From an uncultured Myxococcales bacterium (GTDB lineage Bacteria; Myxococcota; UBA727; JABDBI01): a DNA stretch of 64,000 nt. The notes below the pieces were generated by a model. That model ran no database searches. It saw only the letters and a list, made by a program, of their open reading frames with translations, and was not told the origin of the DNA. A program made the translations under genes and the position numbers. The stretch lies in assembly GCA_964493205.1 (NCBI GenBank), contig CAZBMJ010000002.1:50238-114237 (forward strand), written 5' to 3'. Below are positions 56,059-64,000 of this stretch, piece by piece; the first letter of the stretch is position 1, and each line of letters begins with the position of its first letter.

Positions 56059-59000
56059 GATTAGGATACGTGCTACCGTAAATGGTGTAGAAAAAGTTCC
56101 TAGCAAAATCACATGGATACAAGGTAATGATGAATGTTTAGCTACCCCTTGTTATAAAGAAAATGATTATTTAGTAGTTAAACTAATACCCGACTGTGTA
56201 GGTAATGCCTGTATAGAAGGGTATTTGCATTTTGATGATACGTGCACCAATTGTGAACCAGAGCATTTTAAAAGATGTTTTTGTAATACAGATGCTGATT
56301 GTCCTGATTGCTCTCAATGTGATGAGAATTATGGTATTTGTGTAGATCAATGTAAAGAAGGAGAATTCTGTAAAGATGATGCTTGTATAGAGTGTGATGA
56401 GAATACTCCTTGTCCTAATAATCAAATATGTATTAATGGTCATTGTGAATGTCCACCTAATATGTTTAAAGATGGTAATAGATGTGTTGAATGTACTTCT
56501 ACTACTAATTTAGGTAAATGTTTTGAATGTATTAATGGAGTTATTACTCCTAAATGCGATAAAGCATGTATTGAGCTTACAGGAGAATGTGTTGATTGTA
56601 TAGGTTCAGGAGATTGTTTAGATAGAACAGATGGTAAAAACTGTTGTTCTGATAATCAATGTGATTGTTGTAATGGTTTTGAATGGGATAATCTTCTTAA
56701 ACAATGTGTACCATCTTGTAATGAAACTACTTGTAATGAGTGTGAGAGATGTACTAAAGATGGTTGTCAACCAATACAATGTCCTGAAGGATATAAGTGT
56801 TATAAAGGTGAATGTGTATATTGGCCTTGTGAATCTGTATCTTGTGATAATGGAGCAGAATGTGGTCCAGAATGTGGATGTGTAGAGTTTGAAGGTGTTA
56901 AACAGTGTGTACCTTGTTATATATTAGAATGTAATGGTTTGTGTGAACAAGCATTAGGTTGTAAATGTAATGGTACAAAATGCGAATCTTCAGATAATTG
57001 TAAGGAAACTTATTGTGATAATGAGAACCCTTGCGAAGATCCTAATTGTACATGTTATGATAATAAATGTGTAGATTGTTCTAACTTTCCTTGTGTAGAT
57101 GAGGGTGGTTGCTCAAGCTATGATAATTGTGGATGTAACGAAGATAATAAATGCGAAGGTACTGGTTGTGAAGGTGGTTTAACTCTTAAAAAAGAGGAAG
57201 ATTGTACTTCTACTACAGGGTGTAAATTAAAAGCAGAGTTTTCTGTAAAAGCATGTAAATGCGATCCTATAGTATTTAAAACTAAAAATACAGTAACTTG
57301 TACATCAACTAGTGATGCTATAACTCTAAAAGTAGAATTGTTTAAAAAAGTAAATGGAGCAGATATTCCTTATAGTTCTTATAAGACTTCTCCTTATTTT
57401 GCTGATGATGAATTAGTTTCTACACAAATAAGAACTGTAGCAGAATACCAATATCTTAAAGATGGTAAATTCTACTCTTATAGTGGTACAGTGGTTACTT
57501 CTCCTATGCCTTCTACAGGTATTATGAATAATGTTATATCAAACTTAGTACTTAATAGTTCTCACATTAAGAAAACTATTACAGTAGGTGGAGTTTCTTA
57601 TCCTGCTAAAGTAACTATTAAAGTGTTTGCTGATGCAACTAAAATTCAGAATGCTAATTGTACTAAATACGAATCTACAGCTAAGATTGCTGAATATGTT
57701 TTAGACTACAGTTCAGCTCTAGCAACAACAGACACATGTAATAAAATAAATACTACATATAAAACAGAACAAGTTATTTCTGTTATAGACGATAAATCTG
57801 CTAAAAGACCTAGATTTACTTGGTATAGATCTAATACTTCTACTTTTGAAGATGATGAGTTTATATATGATGGTACATATAACGAGAGTGGATGGTTTAG
57901 AAAATCATTTGGTACTTTAGTAAGTGGTAAATGGATAGATGAAATAAATAATACAGCTAAATTTGAAGATAATTCTAAAGGTGAATTACTTTCTAATTAT
58001 AATTATTTAGTTAAAGCTGATTGTGGTTGTGGAACTAAAGTTGATAGTTTACAGAAAGTACATTTCTGTTGTCCTAAAGATTTTACATATACAATAACTC
58101 CTTGTGATAAAAAAATAGTAATTAATCCGTTTTCAGTATGTTCTATAAATGATACATTACCTACTAGTTATAGTATACCAACTGAATGTCAAGTAAAATA
58201 TAACTTAGAAGTTCTTTTAGATTCAGGAGCTGTAATTAAAAGTCAACTTCCAAAATCTGGTTTAACTAAAACATATCCAGATGCAATTGTATCTGCTAAA
58301 ATTATACAATTTAATTCAGGAGGTATATTAACAGAAGAAGATTATTGTACTTTTATGTTAACTGTACCAGAAGTAACTTTACCTACTCCAACAATTACTG
58401 TTGATTGTAATTCAGTTACTGATAAGTTTAGAGTTACTTTTACTCAAACTAGTCCTTTAAATATAGATAAAGTTGAAGTATTAGCAAATGGTATTAAACT
58501 TACTCCAGAGATTTTTAAAACAACTCCTGGGTTAACTGCTCTATATGATAAAACAATATCTAATAGTCACTTACCTACAGGAGAAGATCCGCAAGGAAGA
58601 GTTAGTGGAGTAATTGTAAAATTACAAGCTAGAGTAACATTTAGTAATGGTTGTAGTAAAATTATAGATTTAACTCCATGTAATCCTTCATTAACTGTAA
58701 CAGAGAATCCTTCAGGAGCAACTTCTAGGTTAAATTGTCCTCAAGGAGGTCAAGGTGTAGAATTAGATTCTTACTTAGAAGGATTTGATATGTCTCAACC
58801 TGTATTATTTACTATATCAGGTGGTACATTAACTGAACCTCTTACTAATGGTACAGGTACATTTACAAATTTAGGAGCAGGTACTTATACAGTAGTTGCT
58901 ACTCAAGGAGCTTTAACATCAACAGCAACTAAAACTATATTTGATGCTACTGCACCTACTGTAACTTTAACTTCTAGTATATGTCCAGGTGAAACAGGTA

Positions 59001-61156
59001 CATTAACTATTACTGCACCAGCAGGTTCTATATTTAGTGTTATGGGTCCAACAGGTTCTATATCTATACCTCCAATACCTCAATCAGGAGTATATAATAT
59101 AACAGGATTAACAGCTTCAGGTACATATACTATAACAGGAGGTATAGATAATAATAATCAAACATGCTATCCTTTTACTTGGACTGGTAATATGGTATTA
59201 GGTGGTCAAGTATTAAATCCTATATTTTCTCCTATAGCATATGGAAATTATTGTGTAGATATACCTATAGAAATTAGTATTATAGACGGTGTAAATGGTA
59301 AAATTTATAATATTGCAGCTATTTCTGGTTATATAACAGATCAAGCAGGTAATAATGTAACTCAAATGATTTCTGGTCAAACATATTTTTATACACCTAC
59401 TTCTATAGGAAGTAATGCTGTACAAATTATAAGTATAGATAGTACTTGTGATACTTTGTTAACAACACCAGTTACTAGAACTTTTATTACAATAGTACCT
59501 GCACCTAATGTATCTAATATTGTAGTGCAATGTGTAGATGGTTTATATAATGTATCTGCAACAGTAACAGTTTCTTCTGGCACTATATCTAGCGTTTTAA
59601 TATCTGGTATACCAGCTACAAATATAGGTTCTACTTATTCTGTAACAGGAGTACCTTATGTAGAAAATTTAATAGCTACAAGTTCTAACGGATGTATATA
59701 TCAAGCTATATTACCAATCGCAAACTGTAACTGTCCATCAGCTACATTAACAATAACTGGACCTATAGTACCTTTATGTGGTGATCAATTAATTACATTA
59801 ACTGCATTACCTCAATTAAATCCTAATATTGCAACAGGAGCTTGGACATATCAATGGTATGATGCAGGCCCTCCAAATTGTAATAACTGTACACCTTTAG
59901 CAATAGGTGCTCAAGGTTCTTGGGGTTCTCAACCTGTAGAATTAGTAGTAAATGCTAGTGGTAGCGGTTCATATTTTTTAAGAGTTATTAATAACTTAAA
60001 TCCTGAATGTACTTATACAAGTAATACTTATTCTTATACAGTAGATAATCCACCAGCTACACCAATTATACAACATACTCCAACAAACATAACTGTTGGT
60101 AATTCTGTAACATTTAATACTGGATATTCTAATTATTCAACGTATGCATGGTATTTAAATGGTGGAACAACGCCTGTATCAACAAATTCTACATATACTT
60201 TTACACCTACACTCTCAGGTAATTATACTATATCAGTAACTGTTAGTAATGGAAATTCTTCATGTACTGCAACTGCTTCAGACTCTTTTGAAGTTACTTC
60301 TGAATGTAATAAAATAGGAATTTTTAACGTTACAAATCCAAATACAACTTGTCCTACACAAGCTACTGTAAATTTAACTAATCCTGATAATATCTCTTTT
60401 AATTGGGTAATAGTTGCTGTAAATGAACTTACTACTAGTGATTTAGTAGGTTTAACAGGTAGTGGTACAGGTAATAGTTTTACTTTTGATTTAACAACAC
60501 CTAATACAGATCCAGGAGAGGATATAGATAATATAAGTTTTGTATTTAGTTATACTCTTATAGGAAATGAAGACTGTACACAACCACCAATTACTATACC
60601 TTGGGAGTATACTAGATGTGATAAAGGACCTGTTGATTTAATGTTAGATAATACAAGTACTTGGAGAGATATTTTTGCTACTGATTATACATTAGCTAGT
60701 TTAATATCTACTGAAACATTAGTATTTTTAACAGATATTACTATTAATACTAAAATAGGTAATAATAATACAGTGAGTAATAAAATATACTCAAATTCTG
60801 GTTCAGCTTCTCCAGAACACGAATATAGATTATATCATGATCATGCAACTACTGGTTGTACAGGAATAGATGATGATGCTAAATTTAAAACTGCGGTTGA
60901 TTCTTGGTTTGGTACTAGTAGAACAGTAACATCAACAATTGCAGATTTAGTAATAACAGTTCAAAATAGATTAAATGCTATACCAATATTATCTGGTATT
61001 GTTGTAAGTAATTCTAGTGGTAATTTAAGATTTAGTAATGTTCCTTGTGAAGTTCAACAAATAGTAGGTACAGTATTTTATACAAATTCTACAGATTGTG
61101 TATTTACTGATATTGAAAAGAAAAATGCTAGTCAATATGTTATTCCTTCTTGTTAA
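56039..61156 (+). CDS. Giant cysteine-rich repeat protein (1705 aa), probably a tail fibre or adhesin
   Basis: The N-terminal ~400 aa consist of dense CxxC/CxC EGF- or furin-like cysteine repeats (CECPPNMFKDGNRCVEC, CDCCNGFEWD...). The remainder is Thr/Ser/Gly/Asn-rich with beta-domain-like repeats (Ig-like segments). Confidence 0.5.
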   Translation: MNSNKYEIRIRATVNGVEKVPSKITWIQGNDECLATPCYKENDYLVVKLIPDCVGNACIEGYLHFDDTCTNCEPEHFKRCFCNTDADCPDCSQCDENYGICVDQCKEGEFCKDDACIECDENTPCPNNQICINGHCECPPNMFKDGNRCVECTSTTNLGKCFECINGVITPKCDKACIELTGECVDCIGSGDCLDRTDGKNCCSDNQCDCCNGFEWDNLLKQCVPSCNETTCNECERCTKDGCQPIQCPEGYKCYKGECVYWPCESVSCDNGAECGPECGCVEFEGVKQCVPCYILECNGLCEQALGCKCNGTKCESSDNCKETYCDNENPCEDPNCTCYDNKCVDCSNFPCVDEGGCSSYDNCGCNEDNKCEGTGCEGGLTLKKEEDCTSTTGCKLKAEFSVKACKCDPIVFKTKNTVTCTSTSDAITLKVELFKKVNGADIPYSSYKTSPYFADDELVSTQIRTVAEYQYLKDGKFYSYSGTVVTSPMPSTGIMNNVISNLVLNSSHIKKTITVGGVSYPAKVTIKVFADATKIQNANCTKYESTAKIAEYVLDYSSALATTDTCNKINTTYKTEQVISVIDDKSAKRPRFTWYRSNTSTFEDDEFIYDGTYNESGWFRKSFGTLVSGKWIDEINNTAKFEDNSKGELLSNYNYLVKADCGCGTKVDSLQKVHFCCPKDFTYTITPCDKKIVINPFSVCSINDTLPTSYSIPTECQVKYNLEVLLDSGAVIKSQLPKSGLTKTYPDAIVSAKIIQFNSGGILTEEDYCTFMLTVPEVTLPTPTITVDCNSVTDKFRVTFTQTSPLNIDKVEVLANGIKLTPEIFKTTPGLTALYDKTISNSHLPTGEDPQGRVSGVIVKLQARVTFSNGCSKIIDLTPCNPSLTVTENPSGATSRLNCPQGGQGVELDSYLEGFDMSQPVLFTISGGTLTEPLTNGTGTFTNLGAGTYTVVATQGALTSTATKTIFDATAPTVTLTSSICPGETGTLTITAPAGSIFSVMGPTGSISIPPIPQSGVYNITGLTASGTYTITGGIDNNNQTCYPFTWTGNMVLGGQVLNPIFSPIAYGNYCVDIPIEISIIDGVNGKIYNIAAISGYITDQAGNNVTQMISGQTYFYTPTSIGSNAVQIISIDSTCDTLLTTPVTRTFITIVPAPNVSNIVVQCVDGLYNVSATVTVSSGTISSVLISGIPATNIGSTYSVTGVPYVENLIATSSNGCIYQAILPIANCNCPSATLTITGPIVPLCGDQLITLTALPQLNPNIATGAWTYQWYDAGPPNCNNCTPLAIGAQGSWGSQPVELVVNASGSGSYFLRVINNLNPECTYTSNTYSYTVDNPPATPIIQHTPTNITVGNSVTFNTGYSNYSTYAWYLNGGTTPVSTNSTYTFTPTLSGNYTISVTVSNGNSSCTATASDSFEVTSECNKIGIFNVTNPNTTCPTQATVNLTNPDNISFNWVIVAVNELTTSDLVGLTGSGTGNSFTFDLTTPNTDPGEDIDNISFVFSYTLIGNEDCTQPPITIPWEYTRCDKGPVDLMLDNTSTWRDIFATDYTLASLISTETLVFLTDITINTKIGNNNTVSNKIYSNSGSASPEHEYRLYHDHATTGCTGIDDDAKFKTAVDSWFGTSRTVTSTIADLVITVQNRLNAIPILSGIVVSNSSGNLRFSNVPCEVQQIVGTVFYTNSTDCVFTDIEKKNASQYVIPSC

Positions 61157-61812
61157 AAAATAAATTAATGGAATTTAATACACAAAATACACCTCAACCA
61201 GAGGTAAAAACAGAAACTAAAGTAGAAGAGAGAGTAATTCTCTCTTCTTCTTCTGTATCTAATGTAGAAGTTTTATCTAATAGCGTAAAAGTTGATACAG
61301 TAGACAAGAGTAGAGACACTATTACAGTCACTCATGATGTAACGGCTCTTACTTCTTCTTATACCAAAGATAACATTAAGTCATCTTTAGTCAATGTTTA
61401 TGGTTCATCAGGTAAACTTTATTCATCTCCTCGAAATATAGAATCAGTGGATATTCCTAAATCTGAATATCCCATTAGATTAGAGTACACATTTATTACT
61501 CAGGATGCTACTGGCATTCAATCTGAGTACACTACTTCATATAATGTACCTCTTACTACCAACACTACTCTTTTAAGTCCTACAGGAGCTTCTACATCAT
61601 CTAATAAAGAGATGTCTGTTAGTGAAGCAATTAAGGTTTTAGATGATGATATGTTAAAAATAAAAAATAATTTGCAAAATTTTTCGTTTTTATATGATAA
61701 TAGTCAAAAAAAAGTTGTAACTTTGCAGAGTTATTTAATGAACATAACTTCACAATTAGAAACTATAACTAAAGAGCTAGCAGATGTTAAACAAAAAACT
61801 CAAGACTTGTAG
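61150..61812 (+). CDS. Hypothetical Ser/Thr-rich protein (220 aa)
   Basis: Complete ORF. Its ATG overlaps the end of the giant gene. Confidence 0.4.
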   Translation: MLKNKLMEFNTQNTPQPEVKTETKVEERVILSSSSVSNVEVLSNSVKVDTVDKSRDTITVTHDVTALTSSYTKDNIKSSLVNVYGSSGKLYSSPRNIESVDIPKSEYPIRLEYTFITQDATGIQSEYTTSYNVPLTTNTTLLSPTGASTSSNKEMSVSEAIKVLDDDMLKIKNNLQNFSFLYDNSQKKVVTLQSYLMNITSQLETITKELADVKQKTQDL

Positions 61813-62305
61813 TACTTGCAAACAACAACGTGTATTGTGGCGAGGAACAGAATGTAAGGCTTGTAGTAGTAAACAACCTGCTAAAACTAAAAAAGAACCT
61901 AAGAAAAAACTAACACCTATATCTAAGCTTAAAAAAGATGCTAGATACTGGTTTCAGCGTTGGATTAGACTAAGAGACTTAGGTAAACCTTGTTGTTATG
62001 GAACTCATACTAAACTAGAAGATATACGTTATTATGATGCTTGTCACTACTTAAAGTTTGAGTTATATCCAGAAGCAGGTTTTGATGAGGATAATGTCTT
62101 TGGAGGCTCTAAGGGAGAGAATATAAGAGACAATGTAATAGGTTATAGAAGACATTTAGTAAAGACTAAAGGTGAAGAGTGGGTTAAAGCAATAGAAGAT
62201 AAATACTGTTCTAATAGACAAACACAATTTAAATGGAACAGAGAATATTTAGAAAACATTATAACAGAGTATAAAGCTCGATGTAAACAAATAGAAAGTA
62301 AATAG
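61784..62305 (+). CDS. NinG/Rap-like recombination endonuclease
   Basis: ARYWFQRWIRLRD..KPCCYGTHTKLEDIRYYDACHY resembles the lambda NinG core RSYWIKQAQ...LPCISCGTLTSAQWDAGHY. N-terminal CxxC...CxxC. Confidence 0.55.
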   Translation: MLNKKLKTCSTCKQQRVLWRGTECKACSSKQPAKTKKEPKKKLTPISKLKKDARYWFQRWIRLRDLGKPCCYGTHTKLEDIRYYDACHYLKFELYPEAGFDEDNVFGGSKGENIRDNVIGYRRHLVKTKGEEWVKAIEDKYCSNRQTQFKWNREYLENIITEYKARCKQIESK

Positions 62306-62324
62306 AAATTTTAAACAAACAATT

Positions 62325-63509
62325 ATGAATTTTAGAGAGAATTTTTTAAATGAACTAAGAACAGGTAGAGTCATAAAAGGAGACAAAACCTTTAGGGAGT
62401 TAGCAATTATGTTTAATTATCCTGATGATAACGGAGATAATTTATGTAAGAAAGATTATTACAGATTTTTAAAGAATAATCATGAGAAAGCAGCAATAAA
62501 AGCTGTAGAAGGATCTACACTAAATAATAGAGATAATTCTAAAAGTGTTCCAGATCTACAAAAATTTAACTTGTCATCTTTTAAAATAAACAAAGATGGA
62601 GAAGTTTGTGATCAATGGTACAGAACTCAAGGTGAAGTATTAGACTCATCTTTAGATTTAGCTTCCATCAAAGAAGAATTATTAGCAGAAGTTACACCTA
62701 TTAAAACCAAAAGAGATATTAAAAATGGTAAAACATTAATATTGTGGTTAGGTGATGCTCATATAGGTATGAATTTAGATTTAGATTCCCCTATTGCTAA
62801 GAAAACATTATCTTTTAAAGATAGTTTATTAAAAACATCCTCACTAATTAATGAAAACTACGAAGAAGTAGTTGTAGTATATGGTGGAGATATGACAGAT
62901 TCTTATAATAACTATACTTCTAGAGGTGGACATTCATTAGCATCTTCATTAACAGATAGAGAAATGTTTAAAGAATTTATAAGTTCTAGTAAAACATTTT
63001 TTACATCTTTAGTTAATAATGAAAATATAGGTAATATATCATTTTATTCTGTAGGAGAAGATAATCATACAGGTAGTCTTGCAGGTATTTTTTCAGAATC
63101 ATTAGAATTATGGTTAAATACTAAATATCCTGATATAAAAACAGAAGTATTTGAAGAAAATGTAGGATTTTTTAATAAAAGAGGGCATAATTTTATAGTT
63201 ACTCATGGTAAAGATAAAAAAGAAATGTTTAAAAATCTACCTTTAGTCTTAGATCCTAAAACAGAAACTTATATGTGTAGTTTAGCTATGTATAAAAATA
63301 TACCTTTAAACTATAAAACAACACATATATATAAATTTGATTTACATCAATTTAGTTCGCAGATAGGAAGATTTTTTACATATACTAACTGCTTAGCTAT
63401 GCAAGTAGGAAGTAAATGGCAACAACATAACTTTATGTCTTCTATACCAGGAATTACTTATTCAGTAGTTACTAATGATGTAATATCTAATGCTAATTTA
63501 TTTTTATAA
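62325..63509 (+). CDS. Calcineurin-like metallophosphoesterase
   Basis: LWLGDAHIG matches GDxHG. VVVYGGDMTD matches GD. GEDNHTG matches GNH(D/E). Confidence 0.55.
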   Translation: MNFRENFLNELRTGRVIKGDKTFRELAIMFNYPDDNGDNLCKKDYYRFLKNNHEKAAIKAVEGSTLNNRDNSKSVPDLQKFNLSSFKINKDGEVCDQWYRTQGEVLDSSLDLASIKEELLAEVTPIKTKRDIKNGKTLILWLGDAHIGMNLDLDSPIAKKTLSFKDSLLKTSSLINENYEEVVVVYGGDMTDSYNNYTSRGGHSLASSLTDREMFKEFISSSKTFFTSLVNNENIGNISFYSVGEDNHTGSLAGIFSESLELWLNTKYPDIKTEVFEENVGFFNKRGHNFIVTHGKDKKEMFKNLPLVLDPKTETYMCSLAMYKNIPLNYKTTHIYKFDLHQFSSQIGRFFTYTNCLAMQVGSKWQQHNFMSSIPGITYSVVTNDVISNANLFL

Positions 63510-64000
63510 TGTATTACGTTTATAGACATATTAGACTAGATAAGAATGAACCTTTCTATATTGGTATAGGAACAATTAGAAAAAGAGTAAAAAATAAATC
63601 TACTTGTACTCATAATTATGTATATGAACGTGCTTATACTAAATATGGTAGAAGTTCTTTATGGAAAAACATAGCTAATAAAACTAAGTATAAAGTAGAA
63701 ATAATATATGAATCTGATAATTTATACATTATAAAAGAAAAAGAGGCAGAGTTTATTAAGTTATATGGTAGAAGGAATCTTAATGAAGGTACTTTAACCA
63801 ACTTAACAGATGGTGGAGATGGAACTTTTAATGTGGTAATAACAGAAGATAGAAAAAGCCAATTAAGATCTTATCTTATAAATTATAATAAAAATATACA
63901 TAAACTTATTTATCAATATAACTTATGGGGAGAACTTGAAAAAGTTTATAAAAATTCTTATGAATTAGAAAATATATTAGGAGTTAGTACTAGAAAAAAG
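63509..64000 (+). CDS. GIY-YIG endonuclease, partial (runs off the window end)
   Basis: MYYVYRHIRLDKNEPFYIGIGT...R...H. TAATG overlap with the preceding stop. Open to position 64000. Confidence 0.55.
   Translation, partial: MYYVYRHIRLDKNEPFYIGIGTIRKRVKNKSTCTHNYVYERAYTKYGRSSLWKNIANKTKYKVEIIYESDNLYIIKEKEAEFIKLYGRRNLNEGTLTNLTDGGDGTFNVVITEDRKSQLRSYLINYNKNIHKLIYQYNLWGELEKVYKNSYELENILGVSTRKK

Noticed and set aside
3452-59583. Short ORFs on the strand opposite to long genes: 3452..3652, 8657..8845, 8686..8901, 9186..9368, 11811..12026, 17412..17705, 21015..21278, 31791..32075, 37407..37685, 39026..39283, 43463..43759, 44342..44542, 45101..45295, 45436..45678, 45810..46073, 48017..48280, 49643..49882, 50380..50580, 54436..54672, 55434..55676, 56183..56443, 56631..56885, 59213..59425, 59389..59583.
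   Set aside because: They lie antisense within well-supported genes or in ORF-free regions. Their composition (Ile/Tyr/Phe/Cys-rich or Leu/Ser-rich) is typical of AT-rich antisense frames. They show no motifs and do not fit the operon structure.
1-64000. Stop-codon reassignment (TAG to Gln or TGA to Trp), as seen in some AT-rich Bacteroidota phages.
   Set aside because: Long structural genes (776, 840 and 1705 aa) are uninterrupted under the standard code, and both tRNAs found have sense anticodons. There is no evidence for recoding in this window.
1-64000. CRISPR array, integrase or attachment site, or reverse transcriptase (retron or DGR) near the fibre paralogs.
   Set aside because: There are no regularly spaced direct repeats with unique spacers. 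No tyrosine or serine recombinase motifs and no RT motifs were seen in any ORF. The fibre paralogs 48539 and 48892 differ at all base types, not only at A positions, so they are not a DGR VR/TR pair.

Overview
This window reads as a segment of a tailed dsDNA phage (Caudoviricetes) from a very AT-rich (~28-30% GC) genome. Encoded proteins are rich in N, K, I and Y, and most genes lack Shine-Dalgarno sequences, which suggests a Bacteroidota-like host (inference). The standard genetic code appears to be used, since ORFs of 776, 840 and 1705 aa are uninterrupted. Positions 1-24.4 kb are almost entirely minus-strand. From the left this arm holds an N-terminal helicase fragment, a tandem array of five paralogous small two-TM proteins, and a family B DNA polymerase split into two ORFs by a GIY-YIG homing endonuclease, with a second GIY-YIG immediately upstream. 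It also holds six paralogous small ORFs that all end in Trp-Trp-Trp-stop, a 556-aa vWA protein whose size and domain layout fit a Ro60/TROVE-like protein, tRNA-His and a degenerate tRNA-like gene, two ORF-free regions of more than 1 kb, and a GC-richer island (21.0-24.4 kb) carrying direct repeats and G/C-run hairpins. The plus-strand arm (24.8-64 kb) starts with accessory genes (Vsr/DUF559-like nuclease, ClpP-like peptidase, SET-domain methyltransferase, vWA protein, many small ORFs). It continues with a morphogenesis block (putative small terminase, large terminase, portal, scaffold, capsid, Big_2 protein, tail-fibre proteins with NTAIG-type repeats, paralogous fibre-associated pair). It ends with a lysis cassette interrupted by an HNH endonuclease, a 1705-aa cysteine-rich giant protein, a NinG/Rap-like nuclease, a metallophosphoesterase and a third GIY-YIG gene that runs off the window end. 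Domain calls come from motifs read directly in the translations. No database searches were possible, so all functional labels are provisional.
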